A DNA stretch of 64,000 nucleotides from an uncultured Acidobacteriota bacterium (GTDB taxonomy: Bacteria; Acidobacteriota; Thermoanaerobaculia; UBA5066; Gp7-AA6). Below are positions 7,351 to 17,005 of this stretch, in pieces; position 1 is the stretch's first letter; every line of letters starts with the position of its first letter. The notes beneath the pieces were generated by a model, which had not been told where the DNA came from, did not search any database, and saw only the letters and a list, made by a program, of their open reading frames with translations. The stretch lies in the NCBI GenBank assembly GCA_963764715.1, contig CAVXTP010000012.1, forward strand, positions 64,001-128,000, read 5' to 3'. A program made the position numbers and the translations under genes.

Positions 7351-10184
7351 CTAGCGGCCGCCCGGCGCCTTCTCTCGCGTCCCCTGCGCCTGGAAGCGCC
7401 AGAGGCTGCTGCGAATCGATACGCCGACGGCCAGGAGGGAGCCGTCGCGGCTCCAGGCGGGATATTGAAGGTCGCCGTCGAAGGTCACGGGGAGCCGCTC
7501 GAGCGCCGCCGTGACCGGGTCGAGGAGCGCGACGCCGCGGAACATCGTGTCGGGCGACGTGACGGTGACCGCGATCCGGCCGTCGGGGCCGACCGCCGAC
7601 CCGGAGATCGGGACCGGCGCGAGCCGAAGCGGGCTCGCGAAGAGGATCGAGAATTCGGAGCCGCCGTCGAGCGGGACGCGCGAGAGCTGGACTCCGTCGA
7701 CCGCGTTGACCTGGACGATGAGCGCCGGGGACGGGCCGCGCGGATCGACCGCGACGCCGTTGGCGGGGCGGAGCTTCCGTGGAGCACCTCCCTCGATTCC
7801 GACCGAGAAGAGCGATCCCGCATTGACGTAGTAGAGCGTCCGTCCGTCGGGGGACGCCACGAGGCTCTGCGGAGCGATCCCCCGCGTCTCCTCGATCCGG
7901 CGGACGATTCGCCCCTCCGGGATCTTCGCCACCGTGATGAGGGGAGGCTGGCCGACGCTGCCGGAAAGGAAAGCCACGAGATTCTCGCCCACGAGCGTCG
8001 ACGGCGGCGTCGCCTGCTCGGCGGAATCGAGGAACGGCCGCATCTGTCCGTCGGGCGCGGAGATCACGAGCCTCCGGCGCCCGAGGACCTGGTTGGGAAC
8101 GAGGACACCGCCGTCGGGTAGCTCGACGGGGCTCGATGCCAGGTTGCCGGCCATCGTGACGAGCTGATCCGGAACGCCTCCCACCGGCGGGAATCGGAGA
8201 AGCTCGGCGGGACTGTCCAGGGTGCTGACGAACAGGCTGCCGCCGGCGCCGGAGTCCATCCCCCACGGTTTCCCGGTCACCGGAAACAGGATCCGGCTCA
8301 CTTCCCCGTCGAGCGACACCGAGATCGCGTGCTGAAGGTCGCCGAAAGTCACGAAAGCGAGGACCGAGCGGCCGTCCTCGCCGATCGCGAGCGGCGGAGC
8401 GAGCGGAAGCTGCGGCGCGAACGCGGTGGCCTTCCCCGTCGCGACATCCAGGAGATAGACGCGGCGCGCGGGATCGTTCGAGCCCGCCAGGCGGCCCCAG
8501 AAGACCGCCGTCTTCCCGTCGGGAAAGGCGCGCACGCTCCAGGTTCCGCCCTCGGCCACGACGGCGGGCCCGAGCGGCGCCAGGACGCCGGTGTCGGGGC
8601 GGAAGCGGTGGATCTGGAAATTCCGCGCGGCGTCGCGCTTGACGACGAGGAGGCTTCCGTCGGGCAGCGCCTCCGGCCCCTGAGCGTCCTCGAGCACGGC
8701 TCTCTCCTCGCCGCCGAGGGGCGGAACGCTGAAGATGCCGCGGGGGACGTCGCTGACGCGATCGAAGAACAGCTTGTCGCCGTCACGGGACCAGCAGACC
8801 TTGAAGACGGAGCCGGCGTCGCCGCGCTTCGTCAGGACGTTCCAGTCGCCCGAGGACGGCTTCATGACCGCCACCTGCGACCGGCCGGCCACGATCGTCA
8901 GAAACGCCAGCGCCTGGCCGTCCGGAGAGCTGCGCGGAGCCATGACGCGCGTCATCGGCCCGACGAGCAGGTTGCCCTTCCAGATCGGCGCCGAAGCGTC
9001 GGCCTGCTTGCCGCGGAACCAGTTGCCGGCGAAGGCGCCTCCCAGGAAGAGCGCGAGACCGAGACCGAGGACGAGCCCGAATTCGCGAGCGCGGCGGGCC
9101 TTCGCGCGTGACGGGACGGGCGCGGGGGTCAGATCGTCGAGGCCGGCGCCGCCTCGCGGACGCTCGACGGCCGGGCCGGGACTGCCGGGCTCGCCGCCGG
9201 CGCATCCACGCGGCGGGATTCGCGGTCGCCGGAGTGCTGAAAGTCGGAGAGGTTGTCCCGGATCTGCTTGAGCTCCCGCGCGAGCTCCGCGGTCGAGCCG
9301 TAGCGGTCGGCGGGGTCCTTCGCCAGGCAGCGTTCGATCGCCCAGCGCAGCGGAGGCGGCACGCGGGGATCCAGGCCCTCGAGCGGGAGCGGCTCCTCCT
9401 GGATGATCGCCGAGAGCGTCTGGACGGGTGTCGCGCGGTGGAAGAGACGGCGCCGGGTCAGCATCTCGTAGAAGACGAGGCCGGCGGAGAACTGGTCGGA
9501 GCGGAAATCGAGCGGCCGCTCGGCCGCCTGCTCGGGCGACATGTAGTCGGGAGTCCCGATGATCAGGCCCACTTTGGTCAGCGACGCGTCGGGCACCACC
9601 GCAGCGCCGTGCGACGGTCCCTGGAGCTTCGCCAACCCGAAGTCCAGGATCTTCACGAACCCGTCCTGCGTGACCATGATGTTCTCGGGCTTCAGGTCGC
9701 GGTGCACGATGCCGGCCTGGTGCGCCTTGGCGAGACCGCTCGCGATCTGCGCGGCGATGTCGAGAGTCTTCTTGACTGGCAGCGGCCCGTTCTCCATGAA
9801 GTGCCGCAGCGTCCAGCCGTCGATGAGCTCCATCGCGAGATACGGCGAGGAATCCGCGCGGCCGACCTCGAAGATCGTGACGATGTTGGGATGATTCAGC
9901 GCGGATGCGGAGCGGGCCTCGAGCGCGAAGCGCGCGAGCCCTTCCGTGTTCGAGAGGAGCTCCCTCGGCAGAACCTTCAGCGCGACCTTGCGGCCGAGGC
10001 GCGTGTCCAGGGCGCGGTAGACCTCGCCCATTCCGCCGACGCCGAGCCGATCGATGATCTGGAAAGCGCCGAGCAGGGCTCCTGGCTGCAGCGAAGCGCG
10101 CGGATCGTCGGCGGCCGCGGCTCGCCGTCCGAGCGCGGGAGAAAGCGTGGCGATTCCGCCGCCTGGCGAATCCTGCTTCAACAC
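7351..10184 (-). CDS. Hanks-type Ser/Thr kinase with TM helix and TolB-like propeller, frameshifted near 9130-9240
   Basis: GVGGMGEVY, VALK, HRDLKPEN, DFGLAK, YMSPEQ in 9129-10184; TM helix and SPDG/SRDG repeats continue in another frame to 7351. Confidence 0.85.
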
Positions 10185-10461
10185 CGCCTCGGCGGAGGGG
10201 CCAGGCGTGCCGGGCTCGGGGCGGCCGGCGACGAGGCGCGGCCCCGCCGAAAGCCACCGTCCTGCATGGGAGTCACGGCAAGAGACGGACGCAAGGCGGG
10301 AGCCATGTCACGAGGAAAGCCAAGTTACTGTGGGATAAAGAATTAGCGATGACCCGCGAGCCGGCCGGTGCAAAAAAACGTCAGCGCGGCCGGAATCGTG
10401 TGAATAAAGAGGTCGCCCGGATCGGGTCGGCGGCGGCGCTCACCCCCCATCGAAATCGGGC

Positions 10462-10492
10462 AAAGACAAAGGCGGGGGCTGGCCCCCGCCTT
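10462..10492 (-). terminator. Rho-independent terminator
   Basis: AAGGCGGGGGC-TG-GCCCCCGCCTT inverted repeat followed by a T-rich tail on the minus strand, downstream of 10518. Confidence 0.75.
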
Positions 10493-10517
10493 CGCGGACT
10501 TCAGCGAGGTTTTCGAG

Positions 10518-11228
10518 CTAGAGACGCGACACGGGAACCGGGATCAGATCGGGTGAAGAAGCGCCGAGGCCCATGATCGAGGTCTTCCTCTGCGTGCGGC
10601 GACGGCGGAGCAGCGTGATGATGCCGACCATCGCGGCGACGACGAGGAGGGCGAGCAGCCAGCCGCCCAGGCCCATGCTGACGCTTCCTTCGGCCGGAGT
10701 CTCGATGATCACGGACTTCGACGCGGCCGGCGGGGGCGCCTGGCTCTTCGCGGGAGCCGTGCTGGCCGATGCGTTGGCCGGAGGCAGGGTTTCGAGCGCG
10801 CTCGAGGCTGCCGGGGCCGTCGCGGCCGCGGCCACTGCCGGGGCCGGGAGCGGCTCAACGGCTTGCGACGCTACGATGGCGGGCTTCGCGACGGGTTTGT
10901 CGGCGGGCTTCTTCGCGGTCCTCTTCGTGACGTGCGTGGTGGTCGTCGTGACGACCGCTTTCTCCGGCTCGGGCTGAACGATCGCCACCGCGGCGGGAGC
11001 AACGGTCAGGGCGCTCGGATCGATGGTGACGGCGGGGTCGACGGCCAGCAGGTTGGGGTCGGGGACCGGTTCCGTCGCGGTCACGGGAAGCTCCGGAAGG
11101 ACGGCGACGGGCGCGGCGACGTCCGGGGCCGGTGGCGGGGGCGGCGCGCTGGCCTCCTGGGCCGAGGCGAATCCGGCCGCCACGGTGAGAAGCATCGCGG
11201 CCATGAACAAGCGGAAGGTGGATCGCAT
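10518..11228 (-). CDS. Pro/Ala-rich exported membrane-anchored hypothetical protein
   Basis: Signal peptide (ASA|Q), low-complexity body, C-terminal TM helix plus RRRR. Confidence 0.65.
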   Translation of the reverse strand: MRSTFRLFMAAMLLTVAAGFASAQEASAPPPPPAPDVAAPVAVLPELPVTATEPVPDPNLLAVDPAVTIDPSALTVAPAAVAIVQPEPEKAVVTTTTTHVTKRTAKKPADKPVAKPAIVASQAVEPLPAPAVAAAATAPAASSALETLPPANASASTAPAKSQAPPPAASKSVIIETPAEGSVSMGLGGWLLALLVVAAMVGIITLLRRRRTQRKTSIMGLGASSPDLIPVPVSRL

Positions 11229-11473
11229 GATTTTTCTCCTTCGCCGATGGAAGTCGAGCGAAGACACCACGGCGGGGCGCCCAGCATTCTCGTCGGTTGT
11301 TCGGTCGGGATTCGTCAGAGATCTGGCAAAGGGCGAGCGAGGCGAGAACGAATCGACTGTACCACCTCGATGGGGCGCGTGCGCGGCAATCGACGAGCGT
11401 TAGAAACGTCGAAGATGATCGGCGCGGCGCACGAGGGTACGATTCCCCTCAACTCGATTCCGCAGGAGGACCG

Positions 11474-12529
11474 ATGCTGCTCGCCCTGTCGATCTCTCCC
11501 CTTCTTCTCACGGGTGCGCTCGCCGCGGCGCCTGCCGACCCTGCACCGATCGAGATCGGAACGGCACGCGGCGTCCCGGGGCATGCCGTGCGCGGGTGGC
11601 TCAAGGTCGCCGAGGCGGCGGACGGGACGGCGGTCTCTCTTCCCCTCGTCGTCGTGACGGGCGTGCGCCCCGGCCCGGTCGTGTGGCTCGAGGCGAGCGC
11701 GCACGGCGACGAGTACGGCGGGCCGCGCGCGATGCAGGAGCTCGTGCGAAGCCTCGATCCGCAGGCGATGTCGGGGACGGTCGTCGCGGTGATGATCGCC
11801 AATCCCCTGGCCTTCCGGGCGCTCCAGCGGGTCAACCCGAACCTCGACGATCTGATGGACTTCGGGGACGCGTTTCCGGGGCGGGAGCGCTTCGCGACGG
11901 AGCGGATCGGCGCCGTCGTGACGGCCGAGGTCAAGCGCGTCGCGCAGTACTTCGTCGACTTCCACACGGGCGGCGACCGGTTCCGGCAGCAGCCGTTCGT
12001 CTTCTATTCGGTGACGGGCAAGGTGCCCGCCGACCGGTACGACGAGCTCGCGCGCGGGTTCGGAGTGCCGACGCTCTGGCGGGACACGGAGTCGGTCTTC
12101 TCGCACGACGCGACGACGATCTTCTCGGCCGAGGGGATCCCGTCGTTTCTCCTCGAGGTCGGGGGCGGGCAGCCGCTCGAGGCGAAGGACGTGAAGTACC
12201 AGGCCGACGCGGCGCGGGGCTTCCTGCGGGCGGTCGGAGTCCTGCCGGGCGAGCCGGAGCGGCCGGCGGCCCACACGCTCCTGACGGGCTACCGGATCGT
12301 CACGAATGCGCGGGGCGGGTTCTTCGAGCCCGCGGTCCAGCCGGGAGACCGGGTGCGGGCGGGATCGGTCCTGGGAAAGATCGTGGACGTCTGGGGCGAT
12401 ACCGTCGAGACGCTGACGGCGCCGGCGGGAGCGGACGTGGTGCTGGGGGTGAGCACCTACCCGGCGGCGGCAACGGGCGGCTGGCTCTTCGAGCTGGGAA
12501 CGGGGCTTCGGGAGGTCCCGTCGAAGTAG
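11474..12529 (+). CDS. Succinylglutamate desuccinylase/aspartoacylase (M14) family protein
   Basis: AHGDEYGG, DFHTGG, LLEVGGG and C-terminal barrel-sandwich; signal peptide; AGGAGG RBS. Confidence 0.9.
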   Translation: MLLALSISPLLLTGALAAAPADPAPIEIGTARGVPGHAVRGWLKVAEAADGTAVSLPLVVVTGVRPGPVVWLEASAHGDEYGGPRAMQELVRSLDPQAMSGTVVAVMIANPLAFRALQRVNPNLDDLMDFGDAFPGRERFATERIGAVVTAEVKRVAQYFVDFHTGGDRFRQQPFVFYSVTGKVPADRYDELARGFGVPTLWRDTESVFSHDATTIFSAEGIPSFLLEVGGGQPLEAKDVKYQADAARGFLRAVGVLPGEPERPAAHTLLTGYRIVTNARGGFFEPAVQPGDRVRAGSVLGKIVDVWGDTVETLTAPAGADVVLGVSTYPAAATGGWLFELGTGLREVPSK

Positions 12530-12849
12530 GGGCGGCCCTTGCGGCCGCCCTCCCCGGAGAGGGCGGGGACGAGCCCCGCCCCTACGAACCAGGGCCCTCT
12601 CGAGCCGAACCTCCGGCTCCGGTCGTAGGGGCGGCCCTTGCGGCCGCCCACCCCGGAGAGGGCGGGGACAAGCCCCGCCCCTACGAACCAGGGCCCTCTC
12701 AAGCCGAACCTCCGGCTCCGGTCGTAAGGGCCCGGCCCTTGCGGCCGCCCTCCCCGGAGAGGGCGGGGACGAGCCCCGCCCCTACGAACCAGGGCCCTCT
12801 CAAGCCGAACCTCCGGCTCCGGTCGTAGGGGCGGCCCTCGCGGCCGCCC
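12526..12849. repeat. Tandem array of inverted REP pairs, about 100-nt period, 3 units plus one extra REP
   Basis: GTAG/GTAA starts at 12526, 12625, 12724 and 12825. Confidence 0.95.
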
Positions 12850-12938
12850 TCCAATGACATGAACGGGCGGGCCCCGCCCTGCTTCGGGCATAGACTGCAC
12901 AGCCGAAGCCCTCCCCCTCTGACAAGAAGGAGTCGCCG

Positions 12939-15290
12939 ATGCGTCCGACCCGTGCGGTCTGCCTCGGGGTCGTTCTCGGATTCGTCTCCGCCGGTTGGCT
13001 GCCCGCCACGACGTACAACGTCACGACGATCGCCGACTCGGGCGCGGGATCGCTTCGCCAGGCGATCACCGACGCCAACGGCGCCGCGGGGACGCACGTC
13101 ATCGCGTTCAACATCGCCGGCTCCGGGCCGCACTCGATCGCGCTCGCGACGGACCTGCCGGCGATCGCGTTCCTCACGGGAATCACGATCGACGGCACGA
13201 CGCAGCCGGGCTTCGCCGGCACGCCGGAGATCGAGATCCACCGGGACGGCACCTTCGGGTCGACGTGTCTCACGATCCAGGGAACGCCCACGACGATCAA
13301 GGCGCTCGCGATCAACCGGTGCGGCATGGCGATCTCCGTGAGCTCGGCCGGTGCCCTGACGCTCCTGGGCTCGCGCATCGGGACGGATCCTTCGGGGACC
13401 GTGGCGCTCGGCAACGCCGGAATCGGCGTCTACATCACCAACGGTTCCCCGGCCAACGTCATCGGCGGCCCGAACCCGGGCGATCGCAACATCTTCTCCA
13501 ACCATGCTTCCGCTTCCGCCCTGTACTTCGGCTTCTCGTCCTCGGGCACCGTCCGGGGCAACTACTTCGGCGTCGACGCGACGGGCACGGTGGCGATGCC
13601 GAACTTCATCGGGGTCAACTGCTCCAACGGCAGCGGGCTCGTCGTCGGCGGCAGCGCCGCGGGCCAGGGCAACCTCATCTCCGGCAGCACCGACAAGGGG
13701 ATCTACCTCCAGGGCTGCAACAACGCCGTGGTCCAGGGAAATCTCATCGGGACCGACGTCAACGGCACGCTTCCCATTCCCAACAAGGTAGGCGTCGAGG
13801 CCCTCGCGAACAACGTCAAGATCGGCGGCACCTTCGCCGGCGAGGGCAACCTCATCAGCGGAAACCTCTCGCAGGCCATTCGCCTGGGGGGCACGGGCAC
13901 GGTCGTGCAGGGCAACTGGATCGGGACGGACGATTCGGGAACCGCTCCGCTCGGCAACGGCACGGGGATCGACATCGCGTTCGGCGGCGGCACGCTCGTG
14001 GGCCCGAACACGCCCGGCGGTCCCGGAGCCAACCTCATCGCGTACAACACGTTCGGCGTGGTGAGTCCCGGGGCGACCAACACGGTGCGCGGCAATTCGA
14101 TCCACGACAACAAATTCCTCGGGCTCGACATCGGCGGCGCCAGCATCACCGCCAACGATCCCGGCGACGCGGACAACAATCAGCCCAACTTTCCCAACGT
14201 GACTTCGGCCGTCGTCGAAGGGGCCGGGGTGCGGGTAATCGGAATCCTCGAGTCGAACGCATCCTCGACGTTCGACCTCGACTTCTACTCGAACCCGGCG
14301 TGCACCCGCTTTCCGCAGGATCTTCTGGAAGGAGAGCAGTGGCTCGGGACGACGCCGGTGACGACGGACGGCTCCGGCCACGCCGCGTTCAACGTCCTCT
14401 TCTCCCCCGTCACCGTGCCTCCGGGGTTCCGGGTGACCGCGACGTCGACGGCCTCCGACGGCAGCACTTCGGAGTTCTCGCAGCGGATCGTTCTCACGTC
14501 CTCCGGACTGACCGGCAACACGTCGGGCTCGCCGATCCTCATCCAGGGCATGCAGTTCGAGCCGGGCGCGACGGTCGCGGTCGGCGGCGTGGCGGCGACA
14601 AACGTCCAGTGGCAGGCGGACTTTCTCATCCAGGCCCAGGCTCCGGCGCTCCCGGCCGGCTCGGTCAACAACGTGGTCGTGACGAACCCGTCGGGCCTGT
14701 CGGGGACGCTTCCGAACGGCTACGTGTCGAGCTTTGCCGACACCGAGCAAAACCTCTTCCGGCAGTATATCGGCGGCATCGTGGCGAACGGCCTGACGGT
14801 CGGGTGCGGCGGGCCCAACTACTGCCCGTTGAACAACGTCACCCGGCAGCAGATGGCGGTGTTCCTGCTCCGCGGGAAGTTCGGTCTCTGTTACACGCCC
14901 CCGCCGTGCACCGGAACGGTGTTCGACGACGTGCAGTGCGCGGGCAACGGCTTCGCCCCCTGGGTCGAGGCGCTCGCGGCGCTGAACATCACGGGCGGCT
15001 GCGGCGGCCCCGGGAACAACTTCTGCCCGACCAATCCCGTCAACCGCCAGCAGATGGCGGTGTTTCTCCTGAAGGCGTTCGAAGGCTCGAGCTACGTGCC
15101 GCCGGCCTGCGCGAACCCGACGTTCGACGACGTTCCCTGCTCCAACCCGTTTTCACCCTGGATCTACGAGCTCGCTTTGCGCCAGATCACCGGCGGCTGC
15201 GGCGGCAACGCCTACTGCCCGACCAACCCCGCCAACCGCCAGCAGATGTCGGCGTTTCTCGTGAAGACATTCTCGCTGCCGTTCCTGTGA
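12939..15290 (+). CDS. Secreted beta-helix + IPT/TIG + triple SLH-like protein
   Basis: DSGAGSLRQAI, repeated GNxIGTD / NLISGN, TSEFS, TIG domain and three GCGG..CP repeats. Confidence 0.9.
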   Translation: MRPTRAVCLGVVLGFVSAGWLPATTYNVTTIADSGAGSLRQAITDANGAAGTHVIAFNIAGSGPHSIALATDLPAIAFLTGITIDGTTQPGFAGTPEIEIHRDGTFGSTCLTIQGTPTTIKALAINRCGMAISVSSAGALTLLGSRIGTDPSGTVALGNAGIGVYITNGSPANVIGGPNPGDRNIFSNHASASALYFGFSSSGTVRGNYFGVDATGTVAMPNFIGVNCSNGSGLVVGGSAAGQGNLISGSTDKGIYLQGCNNAVVQGNLIGTDVNGTLPIPNKVGVEALANNVKIGGTFAGEGNLISGNLSQAIRLGGTGTVVQGNWIGTDDSGTAPLGNGTGIDIAFGGGTLVGPNTPGGPGANLIAYNTFGVVSPGATNTVRGNSIHDNKFLGLDIGGASITANDPGDADNNQPNFPNVTSAVVEGAGVRVIGILESNASSTFDLDFYSNPACTRFPQDLLEGEQWLGTTPVTTDGSGHAAFNVLFSPVTVPPGFRVTATSTASDGSTSEFSQRIVLTSSGLTGNTSGSPILIQGMQFEPGATVAVGGVAATNVQWQADFLIQAQAPALPAGSVNNVVVTNPSGLSGTLPNGYVSSFADTEQNLFRQYIGGIVANGLTVGCGGPNYCPLNNVTRQQMAVFLLRGKFGLCYTPPPCTGTVFDDVQCAGNGFAPWVEALAALNITGGCGGPGNNFCPTNPVNRQQMAVFLLKAFEGSSYVPPACANPTFDDVPCSNPFSPWIYELALRQITGGCGGNAYCPTNPANRQQMSAFLVKTFSLPFL

Positions 15291-15306
15291 TCGGGCTCTC
15301 GTTGCA

Positions 15307-15830
15307 GGGCGGGGATGAACCCCGCCCCTGCGCCGGGAGTAGGGGCGGCCCTCGTGGCCGCCCTTTCGTCTGCAGAAAGAAAAAGGGCGGGGACAAGCCC
15401 CGCCCCTACGACCGGACACGCCAGCAAGGGCCCGGCGAAACATCCGCGCCCTGGTCGTAGACCGGGCACGCCACCGAGGGCCCGGCGAAACATCCGCGCC
15501 CGGGTCGTAGACCGGGCATGCCACCGAGGGCCCGGCGAAACATCCGCCCCCTGGTCGTAGACCGGGCACGCCACCGAGGGCCCGGCGAAACATCCGCGCC
15601 CGGGTCGTAGACCGGGCACGCCACCGAGGGCCCGGCGAAACATCCGCGCCCGGGTCGTAGACCGGGCACGCCACCGAGGGCCCGGCGAAACATCCGCGCC
15701 CGGGTCGTAGACCGGGCACGCCACCGAGGGCCCGGCGAAACATCCGCGCCCTGGTCGTAGGGGCGGCCCTCGTGGCCGCCCTTTCGTCTGCAGAAAGAAA
15801 AAGGGCGGGGACAAGCCCCGCCCCTCCGAC
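15307..15830. repeat. REP cluster: two direct REP pairs bracketing seven 50-bp tandem units
   Basis: REP pairs at 15339-15409 and 15757-15827; 50-mer units from 15411 to 15760. Confidence 0.95.
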
Positions 15831-15844
15831 CGGAGTGGTTCTCG

Positions 15845-16312
15845 TTACTGCTTGTCGTAGACCGCGGTGGCGGTCATCCCGGCCATCTTCGGGTCGGTCG
15901 CAACCGTGGTGACCGTGCGGGACTTGCCGTCGGCGGAGACGGTGATCTTGCCGGTCGCGACGACCTTGCCGTCCCTCTTGATGGTCATGTCCAGCGTATT
16001 GGCGTCGACCTTCGTGTACGCCCGCGTGCTGTAGGCCGCCGCACCCGTGACCGGGTAGTCCTTGCCGTCGAACTTGCCCGTCCACTCGTTGTGCTCGGCC
16101 TTGCCGTCCTTGTCGATGCCGTCGACCGCGACCCTCACCAGGTCGCCCTGGGCCGCCGAGTAGACCACCGTGTGGTTCTTCGTCGCGCCCGGGTTGAACT
16201 TGGACTTGGCCTCGTTGAGCTTCCAGGTTCCCATGTTGGGATCGGCCGCGAAGGCCAGGCCGACGCCGACGAACAGACCCGCCAGGGTTGAGAGAATCGT
16301 GCGTGCTTTCAT
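15845..16312 (-). CDS. Secreted conserved hypothetical protein
   Basis: Signal peptide, GTWKLNEAKS, FDGKDYPV, VSADGK, VYDKQ. Confidence 0.8.
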   Translation of the reverse strand: MKARTILSTLAGLFVGVGLAFAADPNMGTWKLNEAKSKFNPGATKNHTVVYSAAQGDLVRVAVDGIDKDGKAEHNEWTGKFDGKDYPVTGAAAYSTRAYTKVDANTLDMTIKRDGKVVATGKITVSADGKSRTVTTVATDPKMAGMTATAVYDKQ

Positions 16313-16405
16313 TTGTCCCCCTCTGTATCTCGAAGCAACACCTCGCTTCGAATCAAACCCCCATACTATCGCGGACGCCGGACACGGTGGTTTCGGGCTC
16401 CGGTC

Positions 16406-16430
16406 GTAGGGGCGGCCCTCGCGGCCGCCC
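16406..16430. repeat. GTAG-type REP (B hairpin)
   Basis: GTAGGGGCGGCCCTCGCGGCCGCCC. Confidence 0.85.
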
Positions 16431-16527
16431 TTTTCCGATCGAAATCGAGTCCCGGCGCGCAGTTCGGCGGTAACCCCGCCTCGTGGGTCGTCCCGGGCGG
16501 GCTCCGCCGCTGCCGACGCGCTCGGTC

Positions 16528-16932
16528 CTACGGAGCGGGCGTCGTCAGTGGCTTCCCCTTCTCCGCGATGATGACGACGTACGTCCTGGCGGGCGCCGCG
16601 CTCCGGTTGCTGTTCTCGTGCACCTGCCCGGGAGCGAAGGTGAAGTGATCGCCGGCCTTCAGTGTCGCGGTCGGCTTGCCCTCGACTTGCGACTCGATCG
16701 TTCCCTCCACCACGAATCCGAAGAGCTCCGCCGTGGGGTGCGAATGCCTGCCCTCGGAACTGCCCGGCGGCAGCTCCACCTCGGCCATGATGACTTCCCT
16801 TCCCGGGATCGTCATGTCCTGCCTGAGAACGACGTGCTGGACCGGGGACGCCTGTTGAGCCCGCAGCGCGGTCCAGCCCCATCCACCCGTGACCGCCGAG
16901 ACGGCGCACGCGACGACGAGCTTGCGATTCAT
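16528..16932 (-). CDS. Cupin domain protein
   Basis: GRHSHP..ELFGFVVEG...GQVHE; signal peptide. Confidence 0.85.
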   Translation of the reverse strand: MNRKLVVACAVSAVTGGWGWTALRAQQASPVQHVVLRQDMTIPGREVIMAEVELPPGSSEGRHSHPTAELFGFVVEGTIESQVEGKPTATLKAGDHFTFAPGQVHENSNRSAAPARTYVVIIAEKGKPLTTPAP

Positions 16933-17005
16933 GTTCCCTCCCGCGGATAGCAGATCACGCCGACGGCAGGGTCGTGGTGATGGAATGGGCCGCCTCTCGG
17001 CAGGC

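Noticed and set aside
12526-12849. CRISPR array
   Set aside because: The linkers are repeated too; this is a tandem REP array.
15411-15760. CRISPR array
   Set aside because: Units are contiguous near-identical 50-mers with no unique spacers, and there are no cas genes.
15153-15814. Repetitive ORFs over the REP array
   Set aside because: Translations of tandem repeat DNA without RBS support.
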